Of a stretch of DNA of 64,000 bases, positions 17,697 through 25,788 are shown one piece after another. The notes below the pieces were generated by a model. That model saw only the letters and a program-made list of their open reading frames with translations, searched no databases and was not told the origin of the DNA. The first letter of the stretch is position 1. Every line of letters begins with the position of its first letter. The DNA comes from Chitinophagales bacterium. Its GTDB lineage: Bacteria; Bacteroidota; Bacteroidia; Chitinophagales; JADIYW01. The translations under genes were made by a program, and so were the position numbers. Where the stretch lies: contig JAXLTX010000002.1 in the NCBI GenBank assembly GCA_046329775.1, positions 530,231 to 594,230 on the forward strand. The letters run 5' to 3'.

Positions 17697-17854
17697 TCTT
17701 TGTTTGGCACAAGCATGCCACGTTTGATTAATGGATGCATGCTTGCAGCAATAGGGAACTTAATGGTTGCGGTCAGAGACCGGCAGATTTAGTACACACG
17801 AGTGTACCTGCGGAACACTCGCGCGAGATGGGTAGTTGGGGAACACTATCTACA
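17697..17854. repeat. Family-2 structured repeat (three hairpins)
   Basis: CAAGCATGC pairs with GCATGCTTG. GCGGTC-AGA-GACCGG forms a second hairpin. CGAGTGT-ACCTGCGGA-ACACTCG forms a third. The unit ends with GGGTAGTTGGGG. Confidence 0.7.
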
Positions 17855-18274
17855 TTACTGCTCGGCTGATTTTATAGCTCTTTTAATTTCATCTTTTATC
17901 AAAAAGTCAAATTTCACAGGACAACTGTCATTTGCAGTAACCTCACACTCACTTATAGGGAAAATGGCATAACCTGAAATTAGAACAGTTTTATGATTAT
18001 TAACTATGGCAAAAGTCCTTAGAGATAAAAACAAAAGCTGTAATGATATTCCAAATAAATATTTGAATATATTATTACGCTTGAGATGAAAAAGAAAAAA
18101 AATAGCTAAAAGTGATATTACAAATACAATCATGTAGTTATATCTGACTAGGGAAACATTGTATGTTCCACTCTGGCCTGACAGTAAAAATTTCAATAAA
18201 TCTTCATCAATGATGCTAAATGAAGCAACTATCAAAATTAAAAGGCTAAATAGAATGTTCTTTATTTTATTCAT
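17855..18274 (-). CDS. Hypothetical membrane protein
   Basis: 139 aa with about 4 hydrophobic segments, AT-rich. It starts 1 nt after the upstream gene remnant. Confidence 0.45.
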   Translation of the reverse strand: MNKIKNILFSLLILIVASFSIIDEDLLKFLLSGQSGTYNVSLVRYNYMIVFVISLLAIFFLFHLKRNNIFKYLFGISLQLLFLSLRTFAIVNNHKTVLISGYAIFPISECEVTANDSCPVKFDFLIKDEIKRAIKSAEQ

Positions 18275-18275
18275 T

Positions 18276-18640
18276 TCATTCAGTTGTAAAGGTTACTCCC
18301 GCTGGAATAGTATTATCTTTATAAAACACAGGTGATACCAGTTTTTTATCACCATCTTGAATTAAAGTTGAAGATGATCCGCCATCAAATCCGAAAACGT
18401 AATCATATCCTTGACCAGCTAGTTTATCCCTTATAACATCGAGAGTCATTCCACCTGTTTTCATCTCATCAGGAGACACTACCAACATCATAGAGTTATT
18501 CTTACTGTTCAGAGCAATTATAACTTTTCCAACTGTCTTTGAATTTTGTGCGCCATATCCCTCTGCTTCACAATATTCACCATACTCCTTATTTGAATAT
18601 TTCTGTCCATCAACAATTATTGGAATTCCTCATCCAAAAC
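18276..18640 (-). pseudogene. Phosphodiester glycosidase (DUF2233/NAGPA-like) C-terminal remnant
   Basis: ...MMLVVSPDEMKTGGMTLDVIRDKLAGQGYDYVFGFDGGSSSTLI... The reading frame opens only at 18640, a few nt from the left end of the RAYT element (18653). Confidence 0.55.
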
Positions 18641-18652
18641 CTACTGTTGAAC

Positions 18653-19305
18653 CCCCGCCCTCGACAGGTGTTTTCACCTGTCGACTGCCATACCGTTTAT
18701 CTTGCAAAGACCTATTCATCATAAGCAGCTATAAAATCCCATACACTTTTATTCTGCAAAAAATGTTCAGCGCTTGAATATTTATATTCTTCAGGCACTT
18801 TACACAAGCCGGCCCTTACCGGATTGTTATGTATATAATCCATTTTTTGAGTAAATACTTTCTCGCTGTATAAATCTACCGATAATGAATCAGTTTTCCA
18901 AATCATATATGTTCGATCATAGTGATTAACTTTACAGGTATCCAATAATACTAAGTCATGTTGTTTTAAGTAAAACATAATTTGTTGAGCAGTATATTTC
19001 AAAAAATCTCGTTGTACATCTTTTAGCAAGTGTGGTGATCTTATTCGCCAGATTAAATGTAAATGGTTACTCATAATTACAAATCCATATACATTAACTC
19101 TGTTAGCTTTTACAAGGAATCTTAAACTATCTATGATAATGTATTTTACCGCATCATCCTTCAAAAGATGATTCCATTCATAAATGGTGGCGGTGAAAAA
19201 TTGCGGATGATTTTCTTCATATATCATGTTTAAAAATAACACTAATTTTCGGGTTTCATTTCGGTTCGTAGTTGACAGGTGACAACACCTGTCAAGGGCG
19301 GGGGG
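18653..19305 (-). mobile_element. Intact RAYT element: Y1 transposase flanked by inverted hairpin-containing ends
   Basis: Left end is CCCCGCCCTCGACAGGTGTTTTCACCTGTCGAC (18653-). Right end is GTAGTTGACAGGTGACAACACCTGTCAAGGGCGGGGGG (-19305). The reverse complement of the right end matches the left end at about 29 of 33 positions. Confidence 0.85.
18712..19227 (-). CDS. IS200-like Y1 (HUH) transposase, REP-associated tyrosine transposase (RAYT) type
   Basis: HUH motif VIMSNHLHLIW. Catalytic-Tyr helix KMDYIHNNPVRAGL. About 171 aa from ATG 19227; the ORF track starts at GTG 19242. Confidence 0.85.
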   Translation of the reverse strand: MIYEENHPQFFTATIYEWNHLLKDDAVKYIIIDSLRFLVKANRVNVYGFVIMSNHLHLIWRIRSPHLLKDVQRDFLKYTAQQIMFYLKQHDLVLLDTCKVNHYDRTYMIWKTDSLSVDLYSEKVFTQKMDYIHNNPVRAGLCKVPEEYKYSSAEHFLQNKSVWDFIAAYDE

Positions 19306-19365
19306 ATTTTGTAGACTCAGGTCGTCCTGCGGAAGACCTGCGCCAGAGTGGTGGAGTAGACAGTT
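19306..19365. repeat. Family-2 hairpin (CAGGTC-GTCCTGCGGAA-GACCTG)
   Basis: Same loop core CCTGCGGA as 17803-17826 but with a different, self-complementary stem. Confidence 0.6.
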
Positions 19366-19554
19366 TTACCTAAATAACTCAGCGATTGCCTTAATTAAAA
19401 AATAAAATCCACCTATAAAACAACTCATTATAACAGTAAAAGCTCTCCATTTATTACCAGCTGGATCATCGTCAGATTGATACTTATATTGAAAAAAGAA
19501 ACTAGCAAATCCAACTATTAATAATAAAACCCCATTTGTAATATCTGATTTCAT
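19366..19554 (-). CDS. Hypothetical small membrane protein (2 TM)
   Basis: 62 aa with two hydrophobic helices. It lies 8 nt downstream of a gene remnant. Confidence 0.4.
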   Translation of the reverse strand: MKSDITNGVLLLIVGFASFFFQYKYQSDDDPAGNKWRAFTVIMSCFIGGFYFLIKAIAELFR

Positions 19555-19686
19555 TGATTCAATTATTTATGTTCTTTATTTGTTTGAATATCTAAGGTTC
19601 TTTCTTCCGGTACTTCTAAAGTTTTATCTAGCAAGTAATCTTTACTTCTTTTTTGTGTTTCGTCTAAAATACCAGTTCCCAATTTA

Positions 19687-19951
19687 TCCCCGCCCTCGAC
19701 AGGTGTTTTCACCTGTCGACTGCCATACCGTTTATCTTGCAATATACATATACGCTTAAATTTATAAAATAAATTTCGTTTAAAGGAGATCATTCTTTGC
19801 GGCTAGTAGTTGGCAGGTGACGCATGCGCGCTAAAGCTTGCAAGCTAAACACCTGCCACGGGCGGGTATATCATGTTTAAAAATAACACTAATTTTCGGA
19901 TTTCATTTCGGTTCGTAGTTGACAGGTGACAACACCTGTCAAGGGCAGGGG
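19687..19951. repeat. Composite: MITE-like unit (subtype TTGCAATATACATATACGC) plus solo right end
   Basis: H1 at 19697-19718. H2 arms at 19812-19819 and 19850-19857. H3 at 19921-19940. From the H2 region onward it is identical to 16280-16456. Confidence 0.8.
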
Positions 19952-19956
19952 ATTTA

Positions 19957-20643
19957 GCCTTTAAACATCCTTCGTATGGGTTCAGAAAGCTGTTTGCCTA
20001 TATCCGCAGAGCAGGCAAAGGCTGGAATCATAAGCGGGTATATCGGATATATAAGCTGTTAAAGCTGAACAGAAAACGAAGAGGTAAAAGACGGCTGCCG
20101 GCAAGGGTAAAACAACCGCTGACACAACAGAGCCATATCAATCAAAGCTGGAGCATGGACTTTATGAGCGACAGTATGGTGGGCAATCGAAAGTTCAGAA
20201 CATTTAATGTGATGGATGACGGCTCCAGAGAAGTACTGGCTATAGAAGTAGATACCTCCCTTTCAGCAAAAAGAATTATAAGGACATTGCAACAAATTAT
20301 CAGCCACAGAGGAAAACCACAAATGATAAGAACAGACAACGGACCGGAATTCACCTCCAAGGACTTTGAGCTATGGTGTACAGACAATGAAATCAAACTT
20401 CAATATATTCAACCCGGAAGGCCCATGCAGAATGGTTATATAGAACGATTTAACCGGCTGTATCGGGAAGCGGTATTGGATGCTTACTTGTTCTTTGATC
20501 TGTCTGAAGTAAGAACACTCACCGATGAATGGATAGAGGAATACAATCACAGACGACCACACGAATCTTTACAAAACCAAACGCCCAATGAATGGAAAAT
20601 TAATTTATTAAATCAACAAAATACTCTAATTTGCACTGTCTGA
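19957..20643 (+). pseudogene. IS3-family transposase OrfB (DDE/rve integrase core), 5'-truncated
   Basis: The frame is open from 19957 (DLAFKHPSYGFRKLFAYIRRAGKGWNHKRVYRIYKLL...) through the rve core (...IRTDNGPEFTS...YIQPGRPMQNGYIERFN...YNHRRPHESL). There is no OrfA or left IR. It starts directly at the repeat end (19951). Confidence 0.8.
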
Positions 20644-20972
20644 AAAAAGGGGTACTTACACGCTAATTCATTCCTGTCAATATAAATATTTACTTCTACT
20701 GATTTTTCCATTACTTCTAAACTACCTGCCCCTGTCGCTACTACCTGATTTAAATCTATTGAAGCTTGCTCAAAATTTCTTAGCTCAAAGTAGGACAAAC
20801 CTCTTAAACCCAATAATTCTTTATTCTTTTTTTTGTCTAAACCCTTATTTGCTATCTCTATAACTTTACTGTAGTCTTTATTATTATATGCTACTTGAGC
20901 TTCTCTTACGTAATCCTTTGCACAAGAATTCATACATATCAAACAATAAAATCCGATTAGATAATTTTTCAT
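20613..20972 (-). CDS. TPR-like lipoprotein, probably 3'-disrupted by the IS3 remnant
   Basis: Lipoprotein signal MKNYLIGFYCLICMNSC and a TPR-like repeat. The last ~15 codons overlap the IS3 right end (to about 20660), so the native C-terminus is probably lost. Confidence 0.5.
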   Translation of the reverse strand: MKNYLIGFYCLICMNSCAKDYVREAQVAYNNKDYSKVIEIANKGLDKKKNKELLGLRGLSYFELRNFEQASIDLNQVVATGAGSLEVMEKSVEVNIYIDRNELACKYPFFQTVQIRVFC

Positions 20973-21093
20973 AAATACTATTTTTTTTGATAATTTGTTT
21001 TTGCACCTACGCCTACGCCTACTTTAAGTGGGCTATTTTTCCCGCCAACACCTTTATCTATTCCTACATTAACACCACTTCTTTCCCAACTAC

Positions 21094-21278
21094 TCGACTG
21101 CCATACCGTTTATCTTGCAATATACATATACGCTTAAATTTATAAAATAAATTTCGTTTAAAGGAGATCATTCTTTGCGGCTAGTAGTTGGCAGGTGACG
21201 CATGCGCGCTAAAGCTTGCAAGCTAAACACCTGCCACGGGCGGGTAGTTGACAGGTGACAACACCTGTCAAGGGCGGG
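21094..21278. repeat. Composite: hairpin-less left tail plus MITE-like body (H2) plus H3
   Basis: CGACTGCCATACCGTTTATCTTGCAATATACATATACGC... H2 arms at 21190-21197 and 21228-21235. H3 at 21250-21269. The ~50-nt transposase-start stub seen in the other composites is missing (GGGCGGGTA|GTTGAC). Confidence 0.8.
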
Positions 21279-21425
21279 ACCGGCGGGATACGGATCTGGG
21301 GTCATCTGACATTGCCCCTACTGTAGTCATTTTATATGCTTTGCATTCTCCTCTGAGTTTTTCTTTCTGTTTAAGCTTATAATGATTACCTTTAAGTGGC
21401 GGATGTATCTCCGTCGAATGATTAA

Positions 21426-21989
21426 ATGAATCCTGAAGAAAACACCGGACTGCCTGCAAAAAAGGGAACAACGGATATCTTTGAAATCAGCATCTGGCTG
21501 GATTCCTATGAGGATATCTTTTCCGATTTTGATTCAAGGCCTTTGTCGGAACGCACCGTTTCCGATGACTTTCTGTCGGAAGTCAAGAAGGTATGCGATG
21601 AAAAAAGCAGGAATAAAATCCACCTTAAGCTTTCCATGCCGGAACCCCTCAGAAACACTGACCATGAGGCAGTTATCACCAAACGGCTTCATTTATACTT
21701 CCAGAACAGCCACCGTATGCTGGAGAAGGATGCCCGTAAAAAAAACATCCGAGGCATTTATTTCATTCTGGCCGGCATGCTGCTGATGCTCTGCGCCAGT
21801 TATATCTCCTTTCTGAAACCACAGAAATTCTACATACACACCCTGCTGATTCTGTTTGAGCCTGCCGGTTGGTTTTTCCTATGGTCCGGCCTGGATCACC
21901 TCGTTTACTTCTCTAAAAGCAAGAAGGCAGACTTAATTTATTTCAACAAGATGGCGGAAGCGGTCATTCGGTTTGATAGTATTAAATAA
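21426..21989 (+). CDS. Hypothetical membrane protein
   Basis: 187 aa with an acidic N-terminal domain and two C-terminal hydrophobic helices. Confidence 0.55.
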   Translation: MNPEENTGLPAKKGTTDIFEISIWLDSYEDIFSDFDSRPLSERTVSDDFLSEVKKVCDEKSRNKIHLKLSMPEPLRNTDHEAVITKRLHLYFQNSHRMLEKDARKKNIRGIYFILAGMLLMLCASYISFLKPQKFYIHTLLILFEPAGWFFLWSGLDHLVYFSKSKKADLIYFNKMAEAVIRFDSIK

Positions 21990-22170
21990 ACAACTCACAA
22001 TCAATATATTAAATAAAATTATTCAACTCTTGCTTTCTCTGAAAACTTCATAAAAAGCCTGATTCCTACCCAATAAATAATCCCCGTATTATCCACTTTG
22101 ATTGTTAAAAACAGTTCAAAAATGTACATAACTACCCGTTTTCCATAAAATGGAATTGAACGATTTCATG

Positions 22171-22178
22171 TATATTTG
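22171..22178 (+). promoter_or_regulatory. Candidate -7 box (TAnnTTTG) for smc
   Basis: TATATTTG lies 41 nt upstream of the smc ATG. Confidence 0.35.
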
Positions 22179-22218
22179 CAGGTTCTGGATTTTCCATAGA
22201 ACTGAATAAATTAGACCG

Positions 22219-25200
22219 ATGAGACTGAGAAGTTTGGACATTAAGGGATTTAAGAGTTTTGCCGATAAAACGCAGATCAATTTTGATAACAACATTACCG
22301 GCATCGTAGGACCGAACGGCTGCGGTAAATCCAATGTGGTGGATGCGATCCGCTGGGTATTGGGGGAGCAAAAAACCAAGGCACTTCGTCTGGAAAAGAT
22401 GGACAACATCATCTTTAACGGTACCAAAGATAAATCTGCCGCCAACGTAGCGGAAGTTTCCATTACGCTGGATAACACCAGAAACCTCCTTCCTACCGAA
22501 TTTTCCAGTGTTACCATTACCAGAACAGTGGAACGCGACGGCGACAGTGACTACAAACTGAACGGTGTCTCCTGCCGTTTAAAAGATATCCGCGACCTGT
22601 TCATGGATACCGGTATCTCCACCGATACCTATGCCATCATCGAGCTGAAGATGATTGACCAGATCCTGAACAACGTAGACAATGCGCGCCGTACCCTGAT
22701 TGAACAGGCGGCCGGCATCTCCAAATACAAGACCAGAAAGAAGGAAACGCTGGCAAAACTACAGGCAACGGAAGGCGATTTGAACCGCGTGGAAGACTTG
22801 CTGTTTGAAATCGACAAGAACCTGAAATCACTGGAATCACAGGCAAAGAAAGCGCGCCAGTACAAAAACTACAAGGAGGAATACAAGGTCATTTCCATCG
22901 ACCTTTCAAAATACGAGCTGCACGACATCAACGAGAGTTTCACACTTTCCAACAGGGAGATTGAAGAATACGAAGACAAACGCCTGGAAGCCAACACTCA
23001 GATTGAAGTGATGGAAGCCAATCTCGAAAAGGAGAAACTGGCAGTTTTGGATAAGGAAAGAACATTGTCTGACCAGCAAAAGCAACTCAATGCCTTCTTA
23101 TCACAATTGCAGGAAAAGGAAAGCCAGAAAAAGATAGACCAGCAGAAATCCACCTTCCTGAAAAACCAGATCGTACAGCTGAACCAGCAGATCACACAGG
23201 CAAAAGCCATCATTGAAACGCTGAGCAGAGAGATAGAGCAACTGACACACTACAACGAGGAAGACGAAAACAAACTGGAAGTGATCCGTGTGGAATTTGA
23301 CGATGCGAAAGCCAAATTGGAAGAACAGCGAAATGCCAATCTGGAGTTCAGAAACAACCTGGACGAGGCACGCAACAGACACGCTTCCAGTGTTAACAAG
23401 ATAACGGAAACCGAAAAACTGATTGCCGTCAAAGAATCACAGTATGAAGCCCTGCAACGCAGTGCACAGCAGTCGATGTTTGAAAATGAGGAGCGCATCA
23501 AAACGCTGGAAGGTTTGCGCAATGACATCGCACATACCGAAGAAAAAATAGAAAAGCAGAAACTGCTGGTGGATGACCTTCGCAGAAAGGAAGAGGAGAA
23601 CATGGAGAAAATCCAGCTGCTCGAAGAAAAGACCGAACAGCTCCGTCAGGATTTAACCAACAAAAACAGGACCTTAGACGCAAAAAACAACGAATTCAAG
23701 CTCACCAAAAACATGATAGACAATCTGGAAGGTTTTCCGGAATCCATCAAGTTTTTAAAGAAAAATGTCAACTGGCTGAAAGACACACCTTTACTTTCTG
23801 ATATTATTTACTCAGAAGAAAAATACCGTGTAGCCATTGAAAGCGTACTCCAGCCCTACCTCAACAACTTTGTGGTGGATACGGAAAACGAAGCCATCAA
23901 CGCGATTGATGTTTTATCTCAAAGTTCCGTCGGTAAAGCCAGCTTTTTGATTTTAGATTATTTTAAAAAGACTACCGCTAACGGTGATCAGTCGACGCTG
24001 GACAATACCAAAAAAGCGATTGATGTGGTTCAGATTGATGAAAAGTTTAAACCGCTCTTATCTTATCTGTTAAACGGCATTTATATAGCAGATGAAGGCA
24101 CGGATGTAAACAACATCTTTGATAAAATAGAAAACAAGAAAGACATTTACATCATTTCCAATTCCGGCCATTTGCTGAAATCCGACAAACAGATTTCCGG
24201 CGGTGCGGTTGGTTTATTTGAAGGAAAACGTCTAGGCCGTTTAAAGAATCTCGAAATTCTGGAAAAGGAAATCAAGGAACTGGAAACCGAAGTGATGCAC
24301 CTGAAGAAAGTGACACAGGACAATTACAACGAACTCCAGCACCTGAAAGTGAATTCATATCGCAACGTGATAGACCGCGAGTCGCATCAGTTGCAGCAGA
24401 TAGAGAAAGAACTGGTGGCAAAAAGATCCAAGATAGAAAGTGAGGAGAATTCGATTGGCAAGATCACTTCACAGGCGCAGGCATTGCACGAACAGATTGA
24501 GCGCATGCTGGAAGAGATTGAACCGCTCCGAACCATATTGAGCGAACATATCGCCACCTCCAACGAACACAAGAATGTGCTGGATAATCTGGAAATAGAT
24601 TTCAGAAAAGCAAATGAGCTGTACAACCAGTTTTCACAGGCGTTCAACCAGACGAATATTTTATTCATTCAGCAGGAAAACAAACTGAAATCCAACCAGC
24701 AGACCTTGACCTACAAGCAACACCAGCTGGAAGAGAATCAGAACCGTTTAAAAAATGCGACCAATGATATTGAGAACTCTCAGCTGGAGATTGACATTCT
24801 GACGGAATCCATCGAAAAACTGGAAACGGAACTGATAGAATCGTACAAGGAAAAAGAAGCGCAGATGCAGTCGCTCTCCACACAGGAAACCGATTACTAC
24901 AAGGTAAAGGACGGCATCAACGCGATTGAAGATGCCATTCGTGAGAAAAACAAATCCAAGCAACTCATAGAGCAAACCATCATGAGCAAGAAGGAATTGC
25001 TAAGCGAACTGAAACTGAAATTGAATGTTTTAAAAGAACGCTTATCCATTGAATTCCACATCGATGCGGAAGAATTTACGGCGAACCTTGAACTGCCGGA
25101 AACGCCGAAAGAAGACCTGGCAGACCGACTGGATAAGGTGAAACGCCGTATCGAAAACTTTGGTGAGGTGAACCCGATGGCGGAAGAAGCCTATAACGAA

Positions 25201-25764
25201 ATGAAGGAGCGTTTCGACTTCATCACCTTGCAGAAGAAGGATTTGATGGACTCCAAGGATAACCTGATGCAAACCATGCTGGAAATCGAGAACACGGCGA
25301 AAGGTCAGTTTTTAGAAACCTTCCACGCAGTACGCGAAAATTTCATCAGCGTATTCCGCAGCATGTTTACCCAAGATGACAATTGCGACCTGGTGCTGAT
25401 CAATCCGGATGATCCGCTGGAATCTGAAATCGATATCATTGCAAAACCAAAAGGAAAACGTCCGCAAGGTATTAACCAATTATCCGGTGGAGAAAAAACA
25501 CTGACGGCTTTGTCCTTGCTGTTTGGATTGTACTTATACAAACCGGCTCCGTTCTGTATCCTCGATGAGGTGGACGCTCCGCTGGATGACGCCAATGTAC
25601 GCAAGTTCAACGAAGCCATCCGCAAGTTCTCGGAAAACTCGCAGTTCATTCTGGTGACACACAATAAATCCACCATGGCCTGCGTAGATTCCATCTATGG
25701 GGTTACCATGGTAAAACAAGGGATTTCACGAGTGGTACCGGTGGATTTCGGCAGCTTGAATTAA
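22219..25764 (+). CDS. smc: Chromosome segregation protein SMC
   Basis: Walker A GPNGCGKSN, long coiled coils with a central hinge, signature LSGGEKTLTALSLLF, Walker B FCILDEVDAPLD. Confidence 0.95.
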   Translation: MRLRSLDIKGFKSFADKTQINFDNNITGIVGPNGCGKSNVVDAIRWVLGEQKTKALRLEKMDNIIFNGTKDKSAANVAEVSITLDNTRNLLPTEFSSVTITRTVERDGDSDYKLNGVSCRLKDIRDLFMDTGISTDTYAIIELKMIDQILNNVDNARRTLIEQAAGISKYKTRKKETLAKLQATEGDLNRVEDLLFEIDKNLKSLESQAKKARQYKNYKEEYKVISIDLSKYELHDINESFTLSNREIEEYEDKRLEANTQIEVMEANLEKEKLAVLDKERTLSDQQKQLNAFLSQLQEKESQKKIDQQKSTFLKNQIVQLNQQITQAKAIIETLSREIEQLTHYNEEDENKLEVIRVEFDDAKAKLEEQRNANLEFRNNLDEARNRHASSVNKITETEKLIAVKESQYEALQRSAQQSMFENEERIKTLEGLRNDIAHTEEKIEKQKLLVDDLRRKEEENMEKIQLLEEKTEQLRQDLTNKNRTLDAKNNEFKLTKNMIDNLEGFPESIKFLKKNVNWLKDTPLLSDIIYSEEKYRVAIESVLQPYLNNFVVDTENEAINAIDVLSQSSVGKASFLILDYFKKTTANGDQSTLDNTKKAIDVVQIDEKFKPLLSYLLNGIYIADEGTDVNNIFDKIENKKDIYIISNSGHLLKSDKQISGGAVGLFEGKRLGRLKNLEILEKEIKELETEVMHLKKVTQDNYNELQHLKVNSYRNVIDRESHQLQQIEKELVAKRSKIESEENSIGKITSQAQALHEQIERMLEEIEPLRTILSEHIATSNEHKNVLDNLEIDFRKANELYNQFSQAFNQTNILFIQQENKLKSNQQTLTYKQHQLEENQNRLKNATNDIENSQLEIDILTESIEKLETELIESYKEKEAQMQSLSTQETDYYKVKDGINAIEDAIREKNKSKQLIEQTIMSKKELLSELKLKLNVLKERLSIEFHIDAEEFTANLELPETPKEDLADRLDKVKRRIENFGEVNPMAEEAYNEMKERFDFITLQKKDLMDSKDNLMQTMLEIENTAKGQFLETFHAVRENFISVFRSMFTQDDNCDLVLINPDDPLESEIDIIAKPKGKRPQGINQLSGGEKTLTALSLLFGLYLYKPAPFCILDEVDAPLDDANVRKFNEAIRKFSENSQFILVTHNKSTMACVDSIYGVTMVKQGISRVVPVDFGSLN

Positions 25765-25788
25765 TATAGATTTATTAAATTCTTCTAT

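Larger units (their letters stand above)
15877..21280. repeat. REP/RAYT repeat hot-spot (nested hairpin repeats, MITE-like units, two Y1-transposase copies, gene remnants)
   Basis: There are at least 9 copies of CGACAGGTG-TTTT-CACCTGTCG (H1), 6 copies or partial copies of GGCAGGTG...CACCTGCC (H2), and 4 copies of GACAGGTG-ACAA-CACCTGTC (H3). All carry a GGGCGGG/CCCGCCC flank. Confidence 0.9.

Noticed and set aside
15877-19793. ORFs 15877..16116, 16352..16672 and 19563..19793 share the peptide ...DKRYGSRQVKTPVEGG and (two of them) an MISFKRNLFYKFKR start
   Set aside because: The shared peptide is simply the translation of the H1 hairpin and the AT-rich MITE body read outward from an ATG inside the repeat. 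The frames run into unrelated flanking DNA and have no coding-like composition. They are treated as repeat-generated artefacts. An element-borne outward start codon is noted as a curiosity.
15877-21280. A possible CRISPR array, given the many copies of a short palindromic repeat
   Set aside because: Repeat spacing is irregular, from 20 to over 1000 bp. The 'spacers' are themselves repeated modules or transposase fragments. Three different hairpin types alternate, and no cas genes are present. The pattern fits REP/MITE elements, not CRISPR.
15809-21300. A prophage or integrative element inserted at tRNA-Arg
   Set aside because: No tyrosine or serine integrase, no phage or conjugation genes, and no direct repeat of the tRNA 3' end were seen at the distal boundary (about 21.3 kb). 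The content is repeats and gene remnants only.
21268-21471. A 67-aa minus-strand ORF overlapping the last repeat and the start of 21426..21989
   Set aside because: It starts within the promoter region of the + strand gene, ends inside the H3 repeat cap, and has no coding signal or motif.
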